64,000 nucleotides of DNA, from assembly GCA_964016885.1 (NCBI GenBank), contig OZ024742.1, positions 92,318,001-92,382,000 of the forward strand, written 5' to 3'. The DNA comes from Eledone cirrhosa (taxonomy: Eukaryota). Positions 11,226-26,289 of this stretch are shown piece after piece; position 1 is the first letter of the stretch; each line of letters begins with the position of its first letter. Below the pieces are notes generated by a model. That model was given only the letters and a program-made list of their open reading frames with translations. It made no database searches and had not been told where the DNA came from. The position numbers and the translations under genes are program-made.

Positions 11226-14124
11226 TCTCTCTCTCTCTCTCCTTCTCCTTCTTCTTCTCTGGAATAATTTTCTGTGTTCAGACCTGGAGTGGAGATGGAC
11301 TCCGCAAGATGTTTTAAATGGCCAAGAAACGGCGAGATACATGTCCATATAAGCATACATTTAATCTTAGAAATGGAATTGCACTGTACCAGAGGATAGG
11401 TGACAACAAGTGGACGATAAATCTCTAAAACCAGACAGTGATATACCGCAAAACAGAGGACGACATCAAAGATGACGAAATGAATTCGATAAATTTCACA
11501 AAATTGGAGATAAGGTACACATAGAAAGTTATGAGGAAATACAAAAGCCGTTATCAAATATTGGGTAAGTGGGGGTTGATTCGATTGATTGATTAAATAT
11601 TAATATTTTATATGGCTTCAAACAGTTATTACTCTCACCCAGTCAAATACTAACAGAAAATAAACATGAAAAGTATTAAATATCGACTTTTGCTTAAATG
11701 AATAATATATCTATTGAAATAGACGCAAAGTGCAGATAATATCAGGAGGTGGAGAGTAGGAATGTTTGAAGATTACATGAGAGATATGAAAGAGAATTAT
11801 ATAAAGCTGTTCTAAATTCAAATTTATTGAATATAAAAAAAAAAGATTTTAATTAGACAGTTTCCACATTTTCATCGCCATTTTAAAACACTTCGCTTGC
11901 CTTAAGGTGATTTTTTAAAAATTAAAATGACGGACAATAAAATCTACATACCATCAAATCATAGACAAGGGAGAGGAAAGAAAATTTATGCAACTATTTG
12001 AACATTAGAATAACTAACGCCCTAAGACAGCGTGTGCTTATGGATAATACCGAATATGTTCACAAAATTACGTTTAATAAACATACATTCATCACGGACT
12101 AATTTTCCTCCACCAAATCGGAAGGGGGCATGACACCCGAGGAAGAAGACCCTTGAGGTGGAATGGTTAATGCATCTAGTATCGCTTGCTGTTCTTCACG
12201 GCAATGCTTTCGCTATCTTCTTCGTGGGGCGAAGTTGAGATATTCCGTCCAGCTAAGAGTGTAAAGTCAACCCCCTTCTCATTTCTCCCCATCTTTCATG
12301 TTTTTGCTTGCTTTTTCTTTTCTTTTTTTTTTGTCACTACTGTTTAGCCATTTTGAATAAATAAAATTATAAGATATATTGTTTTAAGAAAATAGACCAT
12401 GTAGTTAAACCACATGAAACTTTCTTTGAGACGAACATTCCACTAATTTCGACAGAGTATTGCCGTCTTACGGGTGTTTTGAGTGCTGTGGATTGGCAGA
12501 AACGTTAAAGTATTTAGTTATGGTTCTTTATGTTCTGAATACAAATCCCGACAAGATTAACTTAGCTTTTTATCCTTCTGGAATTAATGAAATAAAGTAT
12601 CAATCGAGTGCCTAGATTGATTTAATAGAACTTGCCCTCCCTCCTTGCGCCTGAACTAGAAACCATTATGAATGTCTTTTTGTTACGGTCCTATAGAGAG
12701 AGGGGGAGACATCTTAGAGCTACATACAATAAATGTTACGAGTGACAGGAACTAAGTTTACTCTGATTTTATTTTGAATGTATGTTTATCAAACATAGAT
12801 ATGTGAACATATTCACAATATGTGAGTAGACTTAATATGTCACCTTTATTAACCTTTAGAGGAGTTTACGTTATTGCAACCTTCAAATGTGTTTCGGATC
12901 TGAGGTTACCCTCCTCCCTTATTCCCACCTGTCTAGGAGGCCATGAGAAGGGTTACACAGGCTGCCCTTCTCGCCCTGACTAAAATAAATAAAATCTATC
13001 CATACACAAGCCGTTTCAGTATTTTAACTGTTTTAATTTATGCACGCAACATGATGGTAGATTGATAGAATTGCTAAAGTGTCGGATAAAATGCCATTTT
13101 GGTATGTTCTGAGTCTTGAAAATTCTGAGACCAAAGCCCACTATGGTCAGCTTTGACTTTCATTGTTCATGGGTCGATGAAATAAAGTACCAGTCAGGTA
13201 CTGCGATTGATTTAATTAAATTGCCTACTTATCAAATTTTCTGGCATTGTGCCAAAATTAGAAATCAGTTTATTTGTGATACAAACGAATTATGCTGGGT
13301 TGGGAATAAGTAAAATCTGCTTCACTTAATCATAGCAGTTATTGTAAATAGCTCTAAGCTGCTTCTCACTCTCTATCTGTAGGACGAATAGATATTACTG
13401 AGTGATTAAGAAGTTTACTTCGTAATCATAAAACCTTAGGTTGAATCCGTACAGTAAGGGATCTTTTCACAAGTGTCTGTACATAACCTCGTGTCTACAC
13501 CTTTCTTGGACGAAATTTGGTTAACGGAAACTGTATGGAAGTCCGTCGAATGGATCGTACTTGTAAATTCAAAAGTGAAGCCTTGTAACATATTGTGTAA
13601 CCTCTGATCGGCTTGGGAAGACGTTTAGATACACGTATCTGTGGAATTACATACAAGTTAATTCACGAGTCATGCGTTTATTTAATTGAACCGTTGAATA
13701 CTTATCGTAGAAACCGGTAGAGTATCCATCATAAGGACGAAAAGGTGAAGACACATTTGGTAAGATGGCAACAACCATTGAAATTAGTCTTAGGTTCGTC
13801 GTGCTGAGAAAAAACCATGGTCTATTAATATAGCGAAGCTGATTGTATCTTTATAACACATATCTTGGTGAATTTATTTCCCTATTTATGTACACATTAG
13901 TCATTTATTTGATTGACTAATAACTTATGGTTGTCGTTGGTCAGACACATAACTGCTAATGTTGTATCCAATAAACAAGGAATTTAGTGAACGTGACTAT
14001 TGTCACCTACCGTCGGCTGAGTCTCTATCAAGTGTTTATATAATAAATACTTTGAACAAAGCTCTACAACATTATTTACCATCTTGTTTGTTAGGAGGCA
14101 TGGCCTAAAAAAAATATCACGCAT

Positions 14125-14228
<104 letters not shown>

Positions 14229-14819
14229 TGTGTGTGTATACACATACATACTCAGTCTCTCCCACAGTTTCTATAACTTCCCTTTATCCTTATCCTCAGG
14301 CACAATCACATCCCCAACTTCAGCCACCACACAATACACACTCACATTTATAACACCCGTATATACAACCCACCATACGTATACCTCAGCATACAGATAA
14401 CCCTTTAAATCCTACAATTTCTGATGCATACACGCTTATGTATGCAAGACCACACACACCACGGACACAAACATCCCAGAGCTCTAAATTTGGGATGCAT
14501 GTGTGCTTGATTCTTTTGTGCACGCGTCTTCACTCTTTCCCCAACACCTCCTAGTTCTATCCACCTCCATCCACGTACTGTCCTTGAGCAAGACACTTTA
14601 TTCACCTTGTTCCAATTCTCTCATCTGGCAAAAATGAATTGTTTCTGTAAATCGAAGGGGCAACCTTGTCACATTCATTGTCAGGTTGAATCTCCCCGAG
14701 AACTACGTTAAGAATATGCGGGCCTGTGGAATGCTCAGGCACACGCATGTTAATTTCATGAGTAGGCCATATCAACTAGAAAACTTGTCGTAACCGTCGG
14801 AGTTTCCAGCAAAGGTATG

Positions 14820-14876
<57 letters not shown>

Positions 14877-15063
14877 CAAAGAAAGTTTAGTAAGATACCA
14901 GGTGGACCATAACGCACGAGAGTACTCGATACTTAGGGTAATAGAGTGGGTAATAGGAAAAGAGTCAGGACCCCGACAGCTGAGCTCCGGCCGTTTCGAC
15001 AGATAGATCCGAGTTCGGATCTAGTTCGGAGCTCAGCCGTCGGAGTCCCGATTCTTTTCCTAA
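14877..15063 (-). mobile_element. Palindromic PLE-derived mini-element, family P, copy A
   Basis: Tail GGACCATAACGCAC..GTACTCGATACTTAGGGTAATAGAGTGGGTAATAGG plus an imperfect palindrome. Homologous to 40792, 42998, 44222 and 45179. Flanked by (TG)n and (TA)n. Confidence 0.7.
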
Positions 15064-15170
15064 TATATATATATTATACTGATTTAATTCTGATACATAC
15101 ATATATATATGTTTACACATACATACATACACACACACACACACATATATATATATACTAAATGTAAACT

Positions 15171-15294
15171 AACTAAATGTAAACTAACAGAAGAATACAA
15201 CAATTATGAAGAAATAGGTATGGAAATATTTACATAATTTCACTTCCATAGAATATATATATATATATATATATATATTCTATGGAAGTGAAAT

Positions 15295-15333
<39 letters not shown>

Positions 15334-15412
15334 TATGGAAGTGAAATTATGTAAATATTTCCATACCTATTTCTTCATAATTGTTGTATTCTTCTGTTAG
15401 TTTACATTTAGT
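15171..15412. repeat. Nested inverted repeat (about 80-bp arms) around (TA)n tracts
   Basis: ACTAAATGTAAACTAACAGAAG...CACTTCCATAGAA (15171-15253) is mirrored at 15331-15412, with a partial extra arm at 15278-15300. Confidence 0.9.
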
Positions 15413-16229
15413 CATGAGTCATGACTGAAAACATGGCTGGCCTTCGACTGTCTCGGTGTCTCACGGAGTTTCATTCAATTGTTTAGTGTTGAATGTTTGT
15501 TCCGGTCATTAGGTCAAGAGAAATACATTTCTGTTGATATTTTTCTGAAGTTATTCTATGCAAATTAAACATTAGATAATTTGGCGGCTTTGTTAAAACC
15601 TCGTATAGAATGGTTTACGTTATTTGATCCACCACTCAGTTCAAATCCCATCGACGTAAACTTTCATCATTTTGCGGGCGATAAAAAAAAACACTACCAA
15701 TTTATCACACTCTCTGATTCTTTCTTCTTCTTCTTCTTCTTCTTCTTCTTCTTCTTGATGAACAGGAGAGGTTACAGTACGCACCCTTCGTAGAGTCTGA
15801 CTCCCACATTGAATAGTTTCGACCTTAATTTTAACTCGTCTTATTAATAAATGCATTGTTTTTTTTTCCAGACAATATGTTGAAAAATAAACTTCCTTTG
15901 GTCATTCCATGACAGCCTATGGACTTTTCAGTCTACCCTCGTATGTGTAGAATGCTCAAATAGTTGCCCATTACGAGCAGGCTGTTTCGTTGTTAGGAGA
16001 ACTGGAATAATTATCGTTGAAACCAACGTGGGTCAATTCCATTCGTGTAGAAATAACATATTACAATCACACTCTGGTTCTATTTCCGCTTTCCAGTGTC
16101 TCTAGTCTTTTCTAATGAAAGAATTAATGTAAGAAGAAAATGTTGATATAACTCAAATATTTGTTTAATTCATTTAGCGTCATTTTGGTTCGTTTTTAAT
16201 TTGATGTTTATTTATTAGTAAGGTGGTGG

Positions 16230-16305
16230 ATGCTGTTGTGTAGGCCCCCTAGTAGACATAGGAAGCTTTCTTCCTATGTCTACTAGGGGGCCTACACAAC
16301 AGCAT
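16230..16305. repeat. Near-perfect hairpin palindrome (about 35-bp arms)
   Basis: ATGCTGTTGTGTAGGCCCCCTAGTAGACATAGGAAG-cttt-CTTCCTATGTCTACTAGGGGGCCTACACAACAGCAT. Confidence 0.9.
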
Positions 16306-16924
16306 TCATGCCGTGACCATTTCGACTTCTATTTATGAAAAGGGAATCCAGGAGTACTACCCAATATGTTTCTTCTAATATGATGGGGTATAATTTGAGG
16401 GACATTTATTTGCTATTTCTAGTAGTTCGAGTGACCATGTAAAAGGTTCCCCCATATAGTATAGGCTATGTGGATAAAGTTTTGAATTCCATCCATTCAT
16501 GGTTCCTGTACTTTTGATGGAATCGTAGAGGTGCCATCATGAAATATTGTATCTCTTCTGCATATAAACCTGGCGGAGCCCATCCCTCTTCAAATCAGAA
16601 CACAATCGATCTCCTACAAAAATGAGAAATACAGGAGAAAACTTGATTGGTATTTTATTAATCGACCTTGAAAGACTGAAAAGCAAAGTTGACGTTGGCG
16701 AGATTTGAACTCAGAGTATTCTGTCCGACTTTTTAACGACTTCACCATTTCGTCACCTATAAAGTGTTGGTTTACTGAATAATGTATTCTGATTTTATAA
16801 TAGCTATGGTGAGATATGAGAATTCCATGCCTCATTTCCAGGGATGGTTAAAGAGGCGAATAGATGCATTTATCATTTATCGTTTATGTCCATTTTTCCA
16901 CGTGCATTTTTGCTTACACACACC

Positions 16925-16958
<34 letters not shown>

Positions 16959-17751
16959 CATTATGAAGAGAGAAGAAACATTTAGATATAATTAGTAATA
17001 AAATGTATCATACCTAAACTGCTCCTAGATTCCTCGACTACGTAGTTTCGTGGCATAAACAAAAACAATACATCATATATATATATATATATAAAAAGTG
17101 AGAACAAACACCATGTTTTTCTCTGAGAAAATTAACTAAAGATAAATTTTATGTAGGCATAAATACTGTTCTGAATTATAAGACATGATGTAAAATCGTA
17201 AACAAAGCGAGTGTTATAACTTCAAACACCATTTACATCTACATAAATTTTTTCTTAGATACACTAATATGCACTTTGTTATGAATAAACATGTCAGAAA
17301 GTAATCTTTAGATAAGGTATTTTTATATCTGCAATCTACGTAATGGTCGACATCAGTCAAAACAGTTGTTATAAATTCATGAGTTTGTGCAGCATTTCGA
17401 TAAATGACTTCTAGTTTGCTGGTGGACGGGGTTAGAACAAATACGCATGGCTCAGTGGTTATGTTTACTTCACCGTCACGCGGTTCCAAGTTCGATCACA
17501 AAGTGTGGCATTTTAGAAAATAGTTACGGGCTGGCCCCAACCCTTGTGAATGAAATTGGGGAGATGGAAAATGTATGGAAGTCAATCGGATGGCTTGTAC
17601 CTGTAATTCAATGGTTCAGCCGTGTCATATATTGTGTCACGCTGATATGAGTTGGGAAATACGTCAAGAATAAACGTGTCCATAAATTACTCACACACAG
17701 ACCCCCCCCCCCCCCCCACACACACATATATAGATATATATATGTAGAGTG

Positions 17752-18500
17752 TAACAGTGGGTAAATCGGGACGAATTTCAAATGGGTATATTTCTAATTG
17801 TATAGATTTTGTTAGAGTCCAAATTTTAAATATTACCAGTAGTTTGAATAATTTATATTATTTTTTATTTTAGATTAAACAAATCATGAATGTTAATAAA
17901 GAATTAAACCGTAGAAGTATAATTGCCGAATAATTCCGTGCCGGCAAAAGTACTGGGGACATTATTAGATCCACAAAGTATGACAAATCTACTGTTTTTT
18001 AGTTGCACCCAATTTGGAGAAAATCAGGGTGTTTAGAGAAAGTCTCACAGTCATCACAGTGACCGAACATGTACACCTCGCTTCTTAGCAGGACTTAAAA
18101 GATTGATTGAGTGGAACCCATCAAAATCGATGGTGAAGTTGGCTCAAGATCAAGAAATTAATAAAATATCCTTTTCTAGGGCTGTGAGACAAGACCTCCA
18201 TATATGAGGAGACACCGTAACTTCCTAACTACACGCTCCAAAGCCATTCGAGCTGAAAGAAGTTCGAAACTTCTTAGTGATTTGAAACATTGCGGCGGAG
18301 ACGTCCGCATATTCGTAGATGAAATGAAGTTTGTGGTAGACGAATTTAAAAACCGTCAAAACTCACGAGTGATAGCGTATGACCCTTTCCAGGTTCCCCA
18401 GCTATGCATAGCCAGAATCCGGCTTCCATTATGGTCTTTGGAGGTGTTGTAAATGATTGGAAATTGATACCTCCTCATTTTATTGAAGCAAGACTTGGGC
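17752..18500 (+). mobile_element. Degenerate Tc1/mariner-superfamily transposon (maT/DD37D-like), 5' part
   Basis: CAGTGGG terminus. Translation IFVDEMKFVVDEFKNRQNSRVIA, then a frameshifted ASIMVFGGV...PPHFIEA. Confidence 0.6.
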
Positions 18501-18641
18501 AATATCATCATGTGTGGATTATAAAATTAGTTATATAAGATAACAGGATTACGGCGGACACCACCAGTATTGCATCATGATTGAATGGTGAAACTGGGCC
18601 ATAGAAATACGTATAGTATTTTCGCAAAATAATTACTTTAA

Positions 18642-18748
18642 TGACTTTTTACAAGTCCGGCCTTCTTTCATTTAAAAAAATAAATATATATATATATATA
18701 TATATATTTATTTTTTTAAATGAAAGAAGGCCGGACTTGTAAAAAGTT
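18642..18748. repeat. Inverted repeat (about 40-bp arms) centred on (TA)n
   Basis: ACTTTTTACAAGTCCGGCCTTCTTTCATTTAAAAAAA versus TTTTTTTAAATGAAAGAAGGCCGGACTTGTAAAAAGT. Confidence 0.9.
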
Positions 18749-18883
18749 ATGTCCTTGGGCAAGACACTTTATTTCACGTTGCTCCTTCTACCTGGAGTTG
18801 CGACCGATAGATAGTATTAGCAATTGGAAAGACCAACGGAAACATTGTTCCCTCGGTCCGATTTGACGAAAGTCGATCGATCC

Positions 18884-18918
<35 letters not shown>

Positions 18919-18921
<3 letters not shown>

Positions 18922-19073
18922 ATAAACAACATAAGATAATTATTTCATTTACCAGTGGTTTCTTGAAAGCAACCAAATCTGCTTTCAGTCATCAGAATGC
19001 TCTATAACTATTAAGCTTGGTAACCTACATAGAGCACTCTTTTTTCCTGAACCTTTCCGGCGGAATTACTTCA

Positions 19074-19152
<79 letters not shown>

Positions 19153-19308
19153 AATAAACAACATAAGATAATTATTTCATTTACCAGTGGTTTTTGAAAG
19201 CAACCAAATCTGCTTTCAATCATCAGAATGCTCTATAACTATTAAGCTTGGTAACCTACATAGAGCACTCTTTTTTCCTGAACCTTTCCGGCGGAATTAC
19301 TTCATTCA
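18919..19308 (-). repeat. Tandem direct pair of about 160-bp hammerhead-bearing units separated by (TA)n(TG)n
   Basis: 18919-19078 and 19151-19308 are near-identical. Confidence 0.9.
18946..18999 (-). ncRNA. Type I hammerhead ribozyme motif
   Basis: Minus strand: stem I CATT, core CTGATGA, stem II (C)TGAAAGCA-gatttggt-TGCTTTCA(A), GAAA, stem III CC-act-GG, site UA, stem I AATG. Confidence 0.7.
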
Positions 19309-19683
19309 TACATATATATATATATATGACACAAGAGGATAGGGTGCAAACAATTTTAATTGATAACAAGAACACGACATACGCAGTGGAAAAATGTACA
19401 CAGAATCGAAAGAGAAGGATGTGGCTTTTCGGGTTGAATTCTAAATCAAAGTACGATAAGAGAAGAAAATAAAATAAAAATAAGACGAAGTTTTAGAACG
19501 ACGCCAAGTTAGAGCAGCAGATGTGACTTAAATGTATATATATAATATCAGATTGTAAAATAGCTATTTTAGTTATTTAAAAACACACAAACCGTTATAT
19601 CTACGTTTCAGTGCACTTAATCACATACACATACACACATACGCACATACGCACATACACACACACACACAAACAGATGTATG

Positions 19684-19773
<90 letters not shown>

Positions 19774-19818
19774 AGTATGCGTGTGTGTGTTTGTATGTTT
19801 GTATATAAATATATATAT

Positions 19819-19956
19819 ATATTTATTAAAATAACAGATTGAAGTTTAAGCAAAGAATCGCTGCTTTCACCCTTAACAGGATCTTCTGAAGATCCCGTTA
19901 AGGGTGAAAGCAGCTATTCTTTGCTTAAACTTTAATCTGTTATTTTAATAAATATT
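19819..19956. repeat. Fold-back palindrome centred on a hammerhead core
   Basis: Arms of about 65 bp with centre GATCTTCTGAAGATC. Right arm reads CTGAAGA-TCCCGTTAAGGGT-GAAA-GCAGC-TA. Confidence 0.8.
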
Positions 19957-20062
19957 TGCTCTACGGTTCTTATATATCTGATATATATATTTATCCTTAT
20001 CGAGCCCTCTTCAAATTTATTATTATTACTATTATTATTATTATATATATATATATATTATA

Positions 20063-20133
<71 letters not shown>

Positions 20134-20161
20134 TTTATATTTATATACATATGTGTATGTA

Positions 20162-20254
<93 letters not shown>

Positions 20255-20356
20255 TGGTTTTGCCTGAAGATTACTAAATTAGCAGATATAGAATGTTTGT
20301 GCTCTATACTGGTTGAAGTTTGAAACCTTAGGCTGAGATCTTATTCATAAAATATA

Positions 20357-20517
<161 letters not shown>

Positions 20518-21229
20518 GTGTGTGTGTGTGCGTGTGTGTGTGCGTGTGTGTTATACATAAATATATGAGAGAAAGAGATAAGTCAAAGAATTTGGGATTG
20601 GTTTGAACAATATGTGGAATAGTTTTATTCCCTGGAGTCAATTTGAAGACAGATATTATTTTGGTTCGGCTAAATGAAACAAGGTGTCTGAGCTAAAACT
20701 ATCCAAGACTATTTTTATAAATTCTTCGTCTCTATGTCAAAATGGGTGTTGTTGTTGTGGGAGTTGTTGCCAGAATTATTTGTTATATTCTTATATTAAA
20801 TAATTCTAATGTGATACGTGACTGGTAGATATAAAGAGAGAGAAGGAAAGAGGCGATGACAGAGATAGAGAGGGATGGAAAAAGTGAGGTGAGAGTGGGA
20901 AGAGAGAGAGGGAGAAGGAGTGAGAGGGAGGAGAGAGGGAGAACGAGAGAGAGGGCGGAGAGAGGGAGAAGGAGGGTGGGAGTGTAAGAGGGTGATGAAA
21001 AATTCCGCATAGTGGTAGAAGTGGTGGTGGTGGTAGTAGTGGTGGTTGATGTGATGTTAATGGTGGTTTTAATGGTGGTAACGATAGTTGAGGTGATGGT
21101 GGTTGTAGTAGTAGGGGTAATGTGAGGTGGAGTGACTGTTCCAACGTATCTCCGTCGCAGTCCACCGAAGCAATGTCTTCTCCATTCTGTCGGCAGGACC
21201 ACAAGGCGGATTATATATTAGGGTGGCAG

Positions 21230-23400
21230 TCTTCAGCTTATGTAGAGGCTTCTTTCGTGCTTATTATAGTTCCTGATATGTTTCGGTACGCAGATCCATT
21301 GAACAAAACGTAATTGTTATATAGTATGAATTTGAGTCCATCAACGATAAAGTTTTTTTAATTTGTGTCGGTAATTTGGATTGGTGCGTGTCTAGTCAAT
21401 GTTTGATGCAGTTATTCCATAGTCATGAGGTATGGTCATGTTTAGGTCTACACCGTCAAAGGAAACAAAATGTGTGCTCACTTACTGTTTTGGGGAAGAT
21501 GATTTAGCATGACTAGGTCATCTATTATGTAACTCTGAACATGTTTCAGGTAAGGCTTTAAAAGGATGTTCAGAAAGTTACTCAATCTGTGTTTTTCACA
21601 TGCAGGGCTCTGAGCTTTAAATTGTTAGCAGGTGTTAACTGGATGTATTTGGTTGTCGAGGTTTTATAAGCGTCATTTATCTGTTTGCATTTGTACAGTT
21701 TCGGTAGAGCGGAGAATATGCTAGCTTTGAATTTGAGTTGTTTATGTAATCGATTTCTTTCGTGGTGAGGACTTTGTGGTACTTATTTAGTAAAGTTAGA
21801 AGATTTTCCATTATTTGTATGTAGCTGGGTGATTTTTGATAACTGCTATCTTCTAACATATAGATGCCTAATCTTTATATTAGTCTGTGTTCATGATGGT
21901 AACGGTATTACCTTTACCTGCTTCTTTAATGGTGATTTCGGTATTTATTTTGTTAATCAATTAAGTTCTTCCATTCATGTTTTGCGAAATTTGATTTGGT
22001 GAAATTAATAATATATTCGCAGTATGGAGTCTAGTGCTTTATTTCTTCAAAAATCACTTTTATTTCGACAGAATTCCGTGATGTTTTTCATTTCAGAGAA
22101 ATTTAATTTTTGTAAGGTATAAATTTCAGTCCCTTACTTATTATATCTATTTGGGTGTTTGTCAATGATGTCCTTGGATAACATTCGGTTTTTCATCGTG
22201 TTTCCTGGTATTTCTGTCCTTGTACTATCAAAATAAAAAAAAAAGATTGTTATTTTTATTGCGACTGTTCTTTGTTGTTTCTTTGTATTGTGTGGGCATT
22301 ATGGACATTATTGTCAGGTAGTGTTTGCTATCTCTTATAATCACTTGTGTGTGAGAGGTTGGGGGGGGGGTTACTATTGGAATTCTATGTGGTCTGGGTG
22401 GGTTTCTTCTGAAATGTATAGTTTATGTTATGGGGGTGTTCTTTGTTGTTTTTTAATTTGGTTCTTTAGGAAATTTCTTTGTGATTGTCAATATTGTAGT
22501 GATTGTGAATGTTCTTTCTGTTGTTGTTTGAGTGTATTTTAGGTTGGGGGAATTATGTCTGTGGTTCGACTGTTTCTGCAAGGGTTCTTGTTCTGCTAAC
22601 TTTCTTTATGAAGGGGTTGTCAAGGTAGTGTGCTCTCTTAAATTCATCTTCATATTTAAGGGACCAATTTTCATTGTTTTCACATCGTTGCAGTGATATA
22701 AGTTCTGCATTCACGCAGTCTTGTATCCAGACTTTCAGGAGGTTTTGTAAGGTTGGTCCTTCAGCGTTTTTAGCACATTGCTCTTCTATCTGTTGGTCAA
22801 TATCTTTGTAATTTTGTTATTTGTTGTGGCTCTTAAATTTAAAAGTTCTATTTCCATGTTATATTTTGTGGAAAGACATTTATTCCCGTAGTTTTCTTTG
22901 TTGTTCTGGTTCGTTAGATATTGATTTTATTTGTAATTTTCTGGGTAAGATCAGGGGGTAGAGTTTATCCATTTTTCATAGATTTCAGCTTTGTTCATAT
23001 TTTTCACCATGTTTAAAATGGAATTTTCTTGTTTTTAAGTGTTTTTTCCAAATGTGTTCAATTTTGCTTTTGATATAGTGTGAAGCTTCTTGTTCTGTTT
23101 TGATGATCATTAATTTTTCTATTGTATTACATAATTGCAGTGTGTTGAGACTGAACTCATTGCTGGTTGTTCTTCGGTTGTCTTCGTTGTTCAATCATGT
23201 GTGGGGTTGTGTATATGTTAGCACGAATGTTAGGATTATGAGGTTTCCATTAATATCTTGCAGTTCTTGGATTTCTTCATTTATATTTATGTTTGTGTTG
23301 TCAGTGTTCAGTGTCATTTGCCAGATGTGTATAGATTACAATAGTTGAAACTGTGGGGTAACGTTCCATACAAAACAAAGGTTATAGTTAAAAACTGAAG
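21230..23400 (-). mobile_element. Decayed Penelope-like element (Neptune/Poseidon-type RT)
   Basis: Minus-strand remnants IKEAGKGNTVTIMNTD (about 21890-21930), KPYLKHVQSYIIDD (about 21520-21560), SFDGVDLNMTIPHDYG (about 21420-21465) and GLKFILYNNY..FNG (about 21295-21340). Many stops and frameshifts. Confidence 0.7.
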
Positions 23401-23783
23401 GTGAAAAAAGCACAGAAGTATATTTGAACCATTATTATGAATGATAAAAGCATTTTTTTATTTTCAACCAAGTGAATTCAATTCATTTTTGACCTGTTGA
23501 ACACCACATCCACCTTCACCACTTTCATAAACAATATATATATATATAAGGAGAATTTTGACAGAAAATTCACATATATTCAAACTGCTCACATAATACA
23601 CTTTTTTTTATATATTTAATATTTAATATGTGATAAGATTGTTATACCAATCGAAGCCGATTATATTTAATGCAAAACATATAGAAATATTCATTCTGTC
23701 AGATTAAAGGAAGAATAATATTTAAATATAATTCTGTGTTTTTCACCTTCAATTTTTAACTATAATCTCTGCTTTGAATGGAA
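23364..23783. repeat. Diverged inverted repeat (inverted pLTR-like) at the 5' end of the PLE
   Basis: GTTCC..CAAAACAAAGGTTATAGTTAAAAACTGAAGGTGAAAAAAGCACAGAA versus TTCTGTGTTTTTCACCTTCAATTTTTAACTATAATCTCTGCTTTG..GGAAC. Confidence 0.7.
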
Positions 23784-23801
23784 CTATACCCCATTTTTAA
23801 C

Positions 23802-23970
<169 letters not shown>

Positions 23971-24203
23971 GTGTCTACATGTACACATATATGTATGTAT
24001 ATATATACACACATTTATATATATATATATATATATATCAATACATAATTGAATAACGATTCTATTATCATTCACATAGACACACACACAAGTATTATTG
24101 AATAGAGAATATTCATAAATACATAATTGAATAATACGTTCAATATATTTTATTGAATAGATAATATATATAAATGCATAACAGAATGATATGCTTAATG
24201 TGT

Positions 24204-24265
<62 letters not shown>

Positions 24266-24353
24266 TGCACATGTTGCATTCAAATATACATATATATATA
24301 TTTGAATGCAAAATGTGCATCATACAAATATTTATATATATATATATTATTTA

Positions 24354-24409
<56 letters not shown>

Positions 24410-24966
24410 GATGCACGCGATGCATTCATAATATTCAAACACCAACCGGTTATATCGTGAACTAAAGAACAAAAGCCTATGACTAACATTAAATACAAAA
24501 TCCTTCAATTTAAAGAAGATAATGTGTCGGGGTGGGTGAAGATAGAGATAGTGATAGATAGAGTGAAAGAGGCAGAGAAAGAAAAAGAGTAATGAAGAGA
24601 AAGTGAGAGAAAGAGCAAGGAAAATAGAATATAGCTTTACAAATATATTTGTAAACACTTTGCTGATTTAATTTCGTATGCATAAAGTCTCCCATCCGAA
24701 CATTCTACTTAAACGATATCGGGTTACATAGATGAACTCTGAAAAAATTCAATTAGAGACTAGATTACTGGGAAAACCCCGAGAAACCTTGGCGCCCTCT
24801 ATTGGAATAATTAGATTTCATTAGCATAACATGTCCGTTTCATTGAAGTAACCTGTAAACGGTATAGATGATTAGAGCTAATCGTTGTAATACTTCGTAT
24901 GTGTGTTTGTGTTTGTATGGTTTTATAGTCATGCTCACGTATACAGATAGACACAGGCACACACAC

Positions 24967-24997
<31 letters not shown>

Positions 24998-25028
24998 CAT
25001 ACATATATATATATACATACATATATAT

Positions 25029-25135
<107 letters not shown>

Positions 25136-25156
25136 CATATATATATACATACATAC

Positions 25157-25229
<73 letters not shown>

Positions 25230-25487
25230 TAAAAGTTCTATTTAAATTGTTGGGATACAACAAGCAAATATTTTTATAACTGATATAAAGCACTCAACAA
25301 ATATTTGGAATAAAAATACGATATTAACAAATGGAAACTATATTTATAAAACCATATTTATTTCATTATACATATTTCAAGGAACCAAGTTAAATTATGG
25401 TGTGCTTTCATCAGATAAAATATAATATAGATCAGTTTTATAAATAAACATTGACATACCCTTAAAGAATGCAACCATTGCTGTTGG

Positions 25488-25630
25488 AATGCATGGTCGG
25501 GTGTCGGTGATTAAGCCGGCAATCTCGCCTAGCTTGCTTGGTGAGGAGGATGATTATTAGACATCCTGCGGGGCGAAAAGCAAAACCCGTCAAAGGTCGG
25601 AGGAATTCATATGATTCAACGACCATCCAT
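25488..25630 (+). mobile_element. Diverged fragment of RTE-type 5' UTR
   Basis: GCATGGTCGGGT...GGTGAGGAGG...CATCCTGC...AAAACCCGTCAAAGG...CCATCCA, homologous to the minus strand of 37980-38120. Confidence 0.65.
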
Positions 25631-25633
25631 TAG

Positions 25634-25664
<31 letters not shown>

Positions 25665-25724
25665 TTCTCTCTTCCTGTATATATGTATGTATATATATTT
25701 ACACACGCTCACACACACACACGC

Positions 25725-25808
<84 letters not shown>

Positions 25809-26289
25809 TGATATAAAATTGTAAATAAAATAAATGTTTGTCTTTTTTTTGTTTTTTAACCTTTTAACTTTTTTAAAAATCCCTTTATTTCTTTTTCTTC
25901 CCTATTTTTATTTATCTTATGTGTCGTTATTTTATAATTCTGATATACTATCAAGCCTGTGATTGCTGGGGGGGGGGGGCTTAATACGGCGGTACTATCA
26001 GTAATCTCTGACTAGGCTAGACTCTATTTTAGAAAAGTGTAGTAGAAGATCAAAGGAGAGAATTAGGTGTTGGCTTGGCTGTTAGAAACTTTTTCATCTC
26101 ATAATTTGAAAATTTTTTAGTTGGTTTTGATGCCACTTCTTCAAAAATTGTGTAACGTTTCATTGATTTAATAATGTTTATGTTGACATTAGATGCCTGT
26201 TAAGGACTCAGAGAAGTGTTCAACCTAGTGGTTCTGAATGGAGACAATATCAGTCATGAGTGACTGACCATCTGGAGTTCTTACAGGTG

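Noticed and set aside
12100-12270. GC-richer unique island as a coding exon
   Set aside because: Only short frames interrupted by stops, no recognisable domain and ambiguous splice signals.
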